Below are positions 35,020 through 45,789 of a stretch of 45,789 nt of DNA, in pieces; position 1 is the stretch's first letter, and every line of letters begins with the position of its first letter. The stretch is from Octopus bimaculoides (taxonomy: Eukaryota). The translations under genes were made by a program, and so were the position numbers. Location of the stretch: assembly GCF_001194135.2 (NCBI RefSeq), contig NC_068983.1, positions 31,322,682-31,368,470 on the forward strand, given 5' to 3'. The notes beneath the pieces were generated by a model. It saw only the letters and a list, made by a program, of their open reading frames with translations. It was not told the DNA's origin and did no database searches.

Positions 35020-37560
35020 GGCAGTTGAGAATGGCATTACATCCGACGTGCTTGCAGTAAAATTGGTCAGTGCAAAGCAGGAAGGGTGCATTTTCAGAGG
35101 ACAAAAGGCTTGAGTGGCAGAAAGGCAACGTGGCAACAAAGCCACAAATCTGTGTTTGAAGTACCTAGATGGTTGCGTATTACTCGAACCCGATCAGATA
35201 TGTACGGGGTTTCGCGAGTACTTCGCTCGACTTATTTAGATTGGTGGCGGGCTAGATCGCAGAAAGGACTTAGTACCTACCTCGGAAGCCTTCCGCGCCT
35301 TTCAGAGAGTGATGCAATGTATTACGAGAAGCTGATAACAGTCGCAGAAATACGGGAAACAATGGTTGGCTGCACGGGTGGGGGAAGGTCAAATCTCCTA
35401 TTTTGGATGGTCTTCTCTGCGAGCCTACAGCTAGCAACAGAACGGAACAAACCCCAGTTCTGTGAGTCGTGGAGCGGTGACACTGCTGAGAAAGGAGCCA
35501 AGCAATGGAATTTTCTGTTCATAAGTGTGCTAAACGCAGACTTCAAAATTTGATTTTAAATATTAGCAAAGAGGTCGGCTTTTGTCGTAGATGGTCTGAT
35601 TGGTGATGTACAAGCAAGTGCCATCCCAAACAGGTCTGTCCACAGTAACATCATAGAGAGGGTAGTTAAGGAATTTGGCTTGGGGTAGGTAGCCAATCAA
35701 ATCAGAATACGAACAAATTTAACCAGTCCGTCCGTCTAGAATCCCGCGAAGATGTTGGACGGCGTGGAACTACTTGTCCGGATGCGAGCTGCGGGTTCAT
35801 CGACTTTCGATTGGATCGACCACCAATACTTGTTGGCTGATATCCGGCAGCTGGTTTCTCCCCAGTTTCTGCGGTTGAATCGCCACGATGTACAGCAACA
35901 TCTGCTCAGCGATTAGAGTGAACAGTCAGATATCGGAACCATTCAGGATAATGCACTAAGTCTGTCGAGTTTGTGTTCTCTAGTCCCTTCTCTATGTGTT
36001 GGTTCTTGAGCCACTGCTACGGAAATTGAAAGCGCCAAGGGCCATCCCGAGTGAAATAAGACGCAGAAGAACGGCGTCGGCGTATGCGGACGTTATATTG
36101 ATAGTGTTGGATACCAAGCACATCGAAATAATCGGCACTGCTCTAAAAAAAAACTGCGAAGAGGTGACCAGAGAAGTCAAGCAAGAAAAGTCGGTGAACT
36201 TGCTGCTCAGTATTCGGAGAGGCAGTTCCACACCGTCCAACAGCTTTGTGGGATTCCGGACGGACGGTTAAATAGTTCGGATTCTTATTTGGATCGAATC
36301 TCCAAATTAAAAAGAACTAGGACAAGGGTAAGGGTAAGGTGGCCAATTTCTCCCAGAAATGGGCCGAAAGAAAACAATTCCTGAAAGGTTGGGCAGAGGT
36401 GACTATCTTCCGTTATGTATCACCGCCTTGCACCAGTTCACGTCTGACCGCCCTAGAGCACATGATCCCCACAAGGGGATGCGCTTCACTGGCTAAGTGC
36501 TCCATTATTGTTAAGACCTTCTGGGTGGAGGACTTGGCGTGCTGCAGTTGATGATGCGTAGATGTGAAGTGAGGCTGTGACATCTCAAACAATTCCTTGA
36601 TGGTGAAAAGATGTGGTCGCCGTTTATCAGACTTCCATTTCCACAGCTCGTCTCTTTAACAGAGCTGCATTCCTGGAGCAAGCGCACACCGAAGGAGGGT
36701 GCTTGGCATGTGGAAAGTCGTCAAACTCTCACAGATCTTTGCCATTCGGGTGGTGCTTTCGGTGAAAGTTACATCATCGCGTTTCATAAAGTGTTAGTGG
36801 CTGGCAAGAGCGATGACGTTCTCGAAGAGACGCTTGAGGTCCACGAAAATTAAATACCTGATTTGTTCCAGAAGACTTTCGAGCTGGGGTCCTTGAACAA
36901 TTCCCAGAAATCCATCAGCTAGCCGGTTCGAGATAAACTCTACAGGCTCCGAAATACTCTCATCCGAACATGCCCAACATATGAGCAGAGCGACGAAACT
37001 TCTGCACGCGCTCGTTAAGTGCCTAAACATTGCTGACTTGTAGCTTTATGTCGAACAGCAGCTTCAAGTGTTAGATGGTTCCGGTTAGCTGCTAGGAAGA
37101 GCAAGTTATGTTTATCTGACTAATGCCCTTAGCGAAAGAGAATGGGGTAAGGGCAGACTGAAAGGGCTAAATACAGATACCTTCCTCTTTGACCAAGTTC
37201 TCATTAATTATTTCAAGTTTCATTTGAAAAAGAAGTTGAGGGTGGAGAGGGAAGTGCTGCCTATCAGCAGATTTGCTAAAAAGTGGATGAAAGCGGCGAA
37301 TGTGATCCGAATGAATGGGCCTACATTGAGCATGCACATGTAGATTGAAGACGAACAACAGAGAAAAGGCACTCGCCTCACTGATCAGGGTAACAGTGGT
37401 TTTGTGAGGTTTACACGAGTAATCCTTTAAAATCTCCTTGCTTTGAGGTATCATTCATTAACAAAATTTTTACCGTTATCTTTCTGTTTAAATTCTTCAT
37501 GTAATCCCACATTGTATCGTCCTCTGTCTCGATCTCTTTGTAAGCCTTAGTTGTTAATAA
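35020..37560 (+). mobile_element. 5'-truncated, heavily decayed Tx1/L1-like LINE (RT + CCHC + 3' UTR)
   Basis: KLITVAEIRETM, LLNADFKI, VLEPLLRKL, SAYADV (YADD-like), CPTYEQSDET.LHALVKC; ends AATAAAG before (CTA)n. Confidence 0.85.
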
Positions 37561-37563
37561 AGA

Positions 37564-37577
37564 AACTACTACTACTG

Positions 37578-37623
<46 letters not shown>
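37564..37623. repeat. (CTA)n microsatellite at the LINE 3' end
   Basis: Near-pure array. Confidence 0.95.
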
Positions 37624-37625
<2 letters not shown>

Positions 37626-37642
37626 TTATTTTCGTTTTTATT

Positions 37643-37735
37643 AAGGCGACAAGCTGGCAGAAACGTTAGCACGCTGGGCGAAATGCTTAGCGGTATTGTA
37701 GCAATCTTCAGTATCGATTCATGTTGTAAGAATTC
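37643..37735 (+). mobile_element. 5' half of a tRNA-derived SINE
   Basis: AAGGCGACAAGCTGGCAGAAACGTTAGCACGCTGGGCGAAATGCTTAGCGGTATT head. Confidence 0.85.
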
Positions 37736-37849
37736 CATGGCCACCCTCTTTTCTTGGCAAGGAAAGTCGTTCTATATCTTCTTTCGGGTGGTGCATTCTA
37801 TTCATTGTCAACAATTACAGATTTCAGTAATTGACCAGTTAATATTAAA

Positions 37850-39480
37850 ACTGTAAGTCACGGGCGGTATGACTAAAGTATTAATCGCTTCGATCCTGTT
37901 TCTTGCGTTTAGCTCTGTCTTGAGTATTGCTCTCAGTCTGCAATAACATTCTTTTCTGATCTTTTCCCTCATCATTGAATGCTTGATCCCATCACCTTCA
38001 TATATCCCTAATTATTTATAACCTTCCTCTGGTTCTAAATCCTTTATGACATTCTGTTGGTCAAGTTTAATCCTGGGTGTTTCTATTATTTTCTCTCTGA
38101 TAAAGGTAGCTTTTGCATTTATCAAGGTCAACATTTCTTAATCCAGCCATGTGGTAGACTATCAAAAGCATTTTTATAGTCTGTTCTGGCTTTTGATAGG
38201 TCCTTGTGCTGTTTGTGACAATCTCCTAAAATCATCTTATTAACAAGAAGCTGATCTTTCAACTATAGGAACCACGTTTACATCCTTTTTTCCCATTAGA
38301 GAAGACGCCATTTTCTGTTAAGTTATAAGTGCATTCGGTTAAGACAGATGTTAATATCTTATACATGGTTGTTAGGCAAGTTATAGGGCTATAGTTTTTG
38401 ATTCGTTTGTTTCTTCATTTTTCGGAAGTAGAAATGTAACAGCATTCACTAGCTAAGAGGGCATCGTATTAGGTTGCTGCAGAAGATTGTTGTAAAGTTT
38501 AGTCAGTAGTTTCTGAAAAAGCATTCAACCAGAAGTTATGAATTTTATCCTTTCCTGGAGACTTCCATTTGCTTGATTTTCTAAGATTAGATCTGACAGC
38601 CTCCCTTTGATACTTATTGATACTTATTTCCTCTTCTATGCATCGTTGTTCTGTTCTCAGTAGTTCTTAATCCCATTCTTTCTGCCACAGTCCTCCTTGC
38701 AGCCTTGATGAGATTATTTGTTTGTGATGTTCTTTGTTTCAATGTGCCTCAATGCATCATTGACTTTACTTGATTTAGTCTCTTGATTTCGTCTCCATTG
38801 GTTAGCCTTCTTAAAGTCGCTCATAAATTCTGTCCCTTCTGTATTTAATAGATCCAAAATCCTGTTTATTATTAATTGTTCTACATTGTTTAAGTAGTCA
38901 CTGATATCGATCTTCTCACGATTCACGATAGTATATTTTTGCGAGCAATTGTTCATCTCTTCCACTATACCACTTCCATTTCTCCGATGCCCAGCATCAT
39001 CCGGCATCCTTCTTTTAATAGCTTCTAGCTCCAATTCTGTTAACCATCCATTCTTTCGTATTCCTCTTGCCTGGTCACAGAATCTTTGTTCAGGAATTTC
39101 AAACAGATCTATTGTCTTCCATTCTCTGTGCATTCGTTTTCTGTATCTTCCGACAAGCACGCCATGTGCATCCACTGGGATGCTCCAGTAGTAACACTCT
39201 ATAACCATCATTTTTACTTGTTTACTGCACTTATGTCTCGTAGCATGGCTAGCAGTGACTGGACTACGACCGGGTCCACCATGCTGCACAATAGGACACT
39301 TGCCGAGTACGGTACCTTCACCATTGATTCCAGTCCCATTCACAGCGTTAGCGTTAGCGTTAGCTATTTTGCATGGCATTTTCTCTCACAAATGAGGTGT
39401 GTTTTTTAACCAGTATTTTTAACGACACACCATCTCTATCAAGGTTTCCCGCCAAAGCTGCTTGCCATTCAAGGCTAACG
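37850..39480 (-). mobile_element. R4/Dong-like LINE (copy D) with large internal deletions
   Basis: ORF 38714..39379 (MVIECYYWS, RFCDQARGIRKNGWLTELELEAIKRR); fragments KGCKRGSYS*KDQLLVNK and LRAILKTELNARNRIEAINTL; the YMDD region is not found. Confidence 0.85.
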
Positions 39481-40479
39481 AATACAGACTACTCGGAGTA
39501 CTATTTATTTGAAGGCGCCAGACATTCACTTTTGTACTCCCTTCTCCTGTTAGTTCGACGAAGGAGTTGGTCTTGCTGGTCAAGGAGCTGTATCTTGCGG
39601 AGGTCATTGTCATGGAGCTATGTCTTGCGAAGGCCATTGCTCCAATGGCCTTCACATATTAGTGAAGAGCGCATATTAGTGAAAAGCTGACATATCAGTG
39701 AAGAGCGCTCAAATCCCTTCACCACCCCGGCATTGACAGATACAAAATTCCCCTTATCTCTCACTGCACCGGAATCACTTCAGCCGAATTCCTATTAGAT
39801 AAGGAAAATGCTTATTAAAGGTACTATATGAATATATATAACATATGAATATATATAAACCATACCATACCGAATTTGCGATGAACAAGAGAGAGCGAGA
39901 CAAGGTAAACAAAGGGAAAAAAAGGACGATCAACTGGGGAAGAAAGGAAGCTATTTTACTGAGCATGTTCAGTATAATCCTTGTTGCATAACATGCTTAT
40001 AGTAATGCAGGTGATGTCTCGTGAAATAAGGAGGACGAATCAGCAGGGGGCGTGAGAGGACTGCATAGAAGAGGTTGTAAACACGGAAGTGAGGTAATTA
40101 TTGAACACAAGGGAAGGTGGAGGAGGTGGGTAGAGTGATCGCATCACCGCCGAGAGAAGCCGTCTAGTATAGTGCTTGTTACTGCCCCAAAAAGAACAAC
40201 ATAAATAAAACATTCACCGAGATAGAAGAGAGAGACGGTGAAAGACAAAGACTAACGCTATTAGTAAGCGAACACGACCAAAATCATCACCGAAAGAGAG
40301 AGAGAGAGAGAGGGGGGGAGAAACAAGGGAGAAATAGATGATCGAATTATAACTTAAGACAAAGATAGAAATTAAACATTAAACATTTTCGAAAAGTAAA
40401 GAGAAATAAGTTTGTTGTAATTACGTCCTTGATCCGGCTGTTTTCAGAGAGCATTGTTATTCAGAAATAGCAAAGTTAT

Positions 40480-43150
40480 ATCGTCAATACATATGGTATT
40501 GTAAAGTATGATCTTGGAATGCTGCTTCTTTTGTCCTCTATATTCATATCTAGTTTTCTTGCTTCAATAGTGTGGTCACTCTTCATGGGAAAGTTTCATA
40601 AAATCCTGTAATTCTCACACTCTATCACAACCTCTTGTTGGAGTTCATGCCACTGTTTTGTTATTTTAAATGCACACATACAGTTAACATTCCAATGCAC
40701 TCTTTTACCTACACAGTCATGACTATGCTTATACCCTTTTTGCACCAGCTTACTGCACTCGTTCAAAGGATGGTTAATATTTTCGACTCCTTTACTACAG
40801 ATTCTGTATTTACTCACTGACTGAGTTTTATGAATCTTTGTCTTTATAAAGATCATTATATTGGCTTGTTCATGAGCGGTTATAATCAGTGATTCATTTC
40901 AACACTTCAGGTTTACTTCCAACAGCCTCAGTTTGCTGCAAAAATAGGCAATGCAATTCTTCCTCTTTCCAACTACTTGTTCTATCTGCCTTTCTTTCTT
41001 TCGTGAATTCTCCTACTATTTCACGAGCTCTTTAGACATTTCTAGCCGCCGATAGTATTCTTCTTTCACTAGGCACAACATAGTTTTTCATTTCCATTAT
41101 CGTGTCTTCTGTGTTTAGCAATTTTCTTTTTTGATGGATAAAGCATATCGGTATTACCTTTAGGATGGTGCACGTTGTACATTGTATGCAGCTTATTTTT
41201 TATATTTATTTCTAGTTATCTTTGGACCTCTCTTCATAATGAACACGTCAAACATATTTACCCCAAAATGCATTCCAATATCCTTGCTGAATATACATTG
41301 CATTACTGTTTCGATTAGAGAATCTGGTATATTTTCTCTTATTTCATATAGTTTCATGTCTTCTATATAAAGCAGGTTTATTTTCGTCCTGGCTTTGGTA
41401 AACTTATAGTCAGGCCATGATTGTTTTCAATATGATTGTTAAAGGGATTACGGCAATGGCGAAAAATTAGAGAGAGTGAGCGTATCACCCAGTAATATTT
41501 CCCTGCGTTTTTTCACGTTTCTTAACGATTAATTTGCGCATGTTTGTTCTACTTTCCGTACTCAAATTGTTATTTTTTTACGCCATTTATCTTCTCATTG
41601 ATTCCGAGTGTCACTAGGCACCTTAAGAGCCAGGAATGTGAAACATTACTGTAAACCTTCTCATAGGCTATCCAGCCAACAGTAAATTCTTATTCGTACT
41701 CCATTTATCAGCAGCTCCTCTTAACTTCTTTCTGCATTCTTTTTGCCCCGCTGGCAATAAATGCTCCTTTACCAGAAAGTTATATATTTCAGTTGTTACA
41801 TGGTTAGTAAATAATTTTCAGGGTGATAATAAGCATATAATAGGTATGTAATTGCTGATTTCCCTTCTCCTTTCTTTGTCTTTCTGTATCGGCACTATCC
41901 TACCTTTTGTCATCCATGTTGGTGTTCCATTTTCCGTACAGTCAGTAAGAAACGGTTGTATATAACCGTGTATACTTCGAAGACTTTTTATCCAGAATCT
42001 ATGACAATCTGGTCTGGAGCTTTCTAATTTGATGTGTTTTTAAGCAACTTTGTCCTCTCTTATTTGTAATATATTTTCTGTTTCACTCCATCTTCCATTT
42101 CATTTTTAAATATCCTTAACCAGTCTGTTTTTATTTTAAGTTGAAATTTAAAGCTCCAGATTTCTGACCAAAAGTTCCTTGCTGCTTCAGCATCTGGTAT
42201 TTCACATCTCTGATGATTTTCATTGTTAAGCTGCTGGTAAAATTTCCTTTCGTTGTTTCTGAAGAGCTTGTTCTACTGATATTGTTTTGTTCTACATTGG
42301 TATCTGTTTCCTTTTTTTAATTCGACACGGCTTTGATTTATTTTTACCTTATTTTTTTTTAACTATAATTTTTTTTTTATCTAATGCCGTGTCTTTCTTT
42401 GCAGCTCGTTCCTATGTCTTTCCCTGATCATCTGTTCTATGGTTGCCTTTATCCTTCCAAGATATCCCTTCAGCTATCGGTTCTGAATACTTCGTACCCA
42501 CCATGTTTTTCCCACCATGCCATGTTTATCTTTTATTTTTAACCCCAAGAATTTCCAATGCAACAGACGTTGCGCAGTAAATAAGGTCATTTAGGTCTAC
42601 TACATTTTCGACACAAATTTTCGTTACCAGTTAATCCATCTTCACTCTATGATGTAGTTTTCCTTTTTCGATTCCTCTTAAGGCTGGTAGTCTCTTTCTG
42701 TCACTTGTTCGTGTCTCATTTAGGCATTGTAGTATGCTCCTTTCCTCCTCTATAGCATTAGCATTGTTTTCTTCCACGAAGGAAAACTTTTCTTATGGGC
42801 AGTAATTTATCGTGATGATTTATTGGCCCCTCCACTATTTCTTGTTCTTGTTCAATTTCCTTTTCGTGTTGTTTTATATAGTAGCTTTCCACCCCTCATT
42901 GTAAACTGTAGCAATTTTTTTCATGGTCGGATTCTTCTGGTACAGAAATGTTTGCTCCATGATTAAATACATGTCGTTCTCTATCCATATTTTATACACT
43001 TTCTTGTAATCTATTTTGGTCGGCTCGCTTCTGTAATAGCATCTATCACAGTCCTATTGTTGTTTTCAGACCATATTCTCCTAATCTTCTTATAATCACC
43101 ATTTTGCTATGCAATAGTCTTTTGTTGTGTACTTTACTGCAATATTGAGC
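40480..43150 (-). mobile_element. Old, heavily decayed R4/Dong-like LINE (copy E)
   Basis: KYRICSKGVENINHPLNECSKLVQKGYKHSHD knuckle remnant, DHTIEARK.D REL remnant and GDTL...AIAVIPLTIILK RT remnant near 41420-41500. Confidence 0.7.
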
Positions 43151-45288
43151 GCAGTTCTCTATGTCTTGCATACTTGCAATGTATTATAAGTGCGATGCTC
43201 TATAATACTATTTTCTTTATGTGAAGCGTATTTGTAAGTCATGCATATTTGTGTGTATCTTATTTTTCGCTTTCGAGTTACTTTTTCTTGTAGGTTTGTT
43301 TCTGTTTTCAACACTCACGTTCATGTTATCTCTATTATCAATAAGTGAATAATTTCTCCATCTCTTTTGAAGGTACATTACCATCAATTAAATGATATAC
43401 TTTGGCTAGTAAACTATTACTTTACTTGTGGATAGTTACAGCAATATCTTGTCAATTCGCTTAGATTTCCCGTCTTTTTGTATTTGTATATCGCATAGCA
43501 TGGGGGATTTGTTATTCTCGAGAAATTTTCTGCTTCCACCAGCTTGTCTTGGTGTTCATTATGCTAGTATAACATCTGGTATAAATTACAGTTATCATGT
43601 CTGTCGATGTATTCTCTCTTGTCTAAGACTGGGAAACCAAAGAGGTCAATAGATTCTTTCCTATATCCATATAATCTGCGGTAATGTAACATTCTGCTTT
43701 ATTGAATGTTTTTAGTAGTTTCTGGTGGTGAGACTTTGCTATTGTGTCTCAATCAAATATTTTTCAATCTCACGTTTGAGCACTGTGCTTCTCGAGGCGA
43801 CTTGAATTTTTCCTTGGGTACTCACATTCTGCTCAGCTTGTATCGGCTATGCAAAGGATTTTTGCCATCGATTTATCAAAGGATTCTGTCGCTTCCTTTT
43901 TAGCTCATATGCTAACTTTTTTCCAATTTCTCCTATTCATTCATTCACTTCATAACAATGTTTTACATTTGTTGATTGCCTTGAAGATAGAAAATTTTTT
44001 TGTGGTTTGTTGTGTTTGCATTTTGTAGCTATTTATATTAAATTCATATAATACTTCACTAAGTATTTTTGTAGTCATACAATATTAATTTTATAATAGT
44101 TTTCTAATTGAATAAGGCTCCTGCTATCTTGAGTTCGTTGCAAATATAACCTTTCTATGTTAGATTTTTGGTGGTGTATTTTAAATGCAGCATTTTTTGT
44201 TTTGCTTATTTATCTGCCTAGTCTTGCTAGCTGTTCATCGTCCAATTGAGAGTATTATACTATTATCAATTACTGGAACAGCTAGCGCGTTATGCCTGTT
44301 AACTTATCTTTTGCATTTAGATTTGTTTTAATAATCTAATGCATATATAATATTCTTTTTTAACATTTTACTTCATTTATGTCTGGTTGATTCCTATGTA
44401 TTTGTAAGTCTGTGTTTGTTGTAATTCCCTATCCTAGTTTCAGTATCGATCATATTAACGCTATTAATTTTTCTCCCTTCATGAGGCTGAAGCGTATTTT
44501 TCTAGTTTGAATCTCATAAATTTCTCTACTAAATTTTTGTAATATCTCCAGTAGTGATTATAGTTGTTTGTTATCTACAGTATATAACTTGAGGCTGATT
44601 ACATACAAAAGTTGTTGACTGTATCCTAGCCTACTCCTTGTCTTAATCTGTTTTAATCTGCCAGTTATAGGTGCATACGCCAGGTAAGTAAGTAGCGAAG
44701 AGAATAGCTACTTGAAATAAACCTTTGCTAATAGAAATCGGCTTAGATTTTTATAATTCTTTCTTTTGTCTCTCTAGAACTTTTTGCCACACACTCAGAA
44801 CTAAAGTCTCCAGGATCTATAAGTCGAGCACATTGCCAAAACCTTGTCGTAACTGATCCATAGGATGCTCAGGTCCTTTTTTAAAAAATCTCTTTTTAAA
44901 GTCTGCAGTTGTGGGTTTGTAGCATCCTTTCTGCTTCTCTGGAAACAAATTGATATCAAATCAGCAGGATTTAAACGCTATCGCATGTGTGTGTATGTCT
45001 CCAGGCAAATCACTATTATCATTGTTATTATAGCGTTTATATCCTGCTGACAGAACATATACATTCCCATTTCCACTTCTACGTTCACCGCCGCCATCGC
45101 CATCACCATCTTACTGGAAATAGCACGGAGGTAATGCCAGTTGGAGATTGTACGATGGTTCTGTATTTTGTCTCCCTGTCTCTGTCTCCCTCTGGTTATC
45201 AATTCAATATTCGCCTCTTTCTACGATGCTATATGTATTCTGGCGGCCTGCCATTTGACACTTTCCAGGCGGCAGGTCATAGCCAACG

Positions 45289-45413
45289 CTTGTGTAGTAA
45301 TTAGGTATTCTACCAGCAGTATATTGGATAGATACTATCCCTTAGTTNNNNNNNNNNTATAATATAGTATCTATCCAACATACTGCTGGTAGAATACCTA
45401 ATTAATACACAAG
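45289..45413. repeat. 50-bp inverted repeat flanking a 10-N gap
   Basis: 45289-45338 versus the reverse complement of 45364-45413: 48 of 50 identical. Confidence 0.85.
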
Positions 45414-45789
45414 TGTAGGTTATTGCGTGTCAATTACTCTACTGAGTATAATAACTAGGCGAGGATAATAAGTGGTTTTACCCTTAATTTATATGCCAAG
45501 AAGAAAATGGAGAGAATCCAGATGTAGTATTAGTAAGTTATTAGACATTATATTATGTCTATTTATTTATTTAAAACAGTTCTGATAATACATTTATACA
45601 TGTGTAAAGTACTAGTAATTTTTAGAACAGAGAACGAAGAGCAGTTTGTTACAGCTGTTTCTGCCAAGAGGTCACAGTACCCCACATGATATTTCCATCT
45701 TTTCAGTGCACTGTTTTAAATAAATAAATAGACATAATATAATGTCTAACAACTGATGAATACTACCTCTGGATTTCCTACATTTTCTT

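Noticed and set aside
40020-40170. CpG- and purine-rich stretch with an ETS-like ACGGAAGTGA motif as a promoter
   Set aside because: A single short motif with no downstream exon or ORF evidence is not enough to call a regulatory element.
43400-44000. Possible further LINE endonuclease remnant
   Set aside because: Translations are too degraded to assign any motif with confidence.

Overview
An AT-rich, microsatellite-dense eukaryotic window, most likely from an octopus/cephalopod draft assembly (inferred from the SINE families, R4/Dong-like LINE load and TA/CA/TATG microsatellites). It has six N-gaps and no supportable intact host protein-coding gene. It is a layered graveyard of mobile DNA: one Penelope-like element (RT + C-terminal GIY-YIG, Naiad-like), about seven R4/Dong-like (RT + REL) LINE fragments all on the minus strand, three RTE fragments (one with twin-priming-like inversion geometry), Tx1/L1-like LINE pieces, three mariner remnants, a foldback MITE carrying degenerate TTAGGG repeats, and many tRNA-derived SINEs. 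The most interesting unexplained signal is a set of mutually unrelated type I hammerhead-ribozyme motifs at 913-1027, 2056-2100, 15879-16000 and 20228-20270, plus a weak one at 4025-4062. Two of them have very long stem II inserts. One of these inserts holds an 8-nt segment complementary to the ribozyme's own core, which suggests a switchable ribozyme. All structures were read by eye; no folding, alignment or database search was run.
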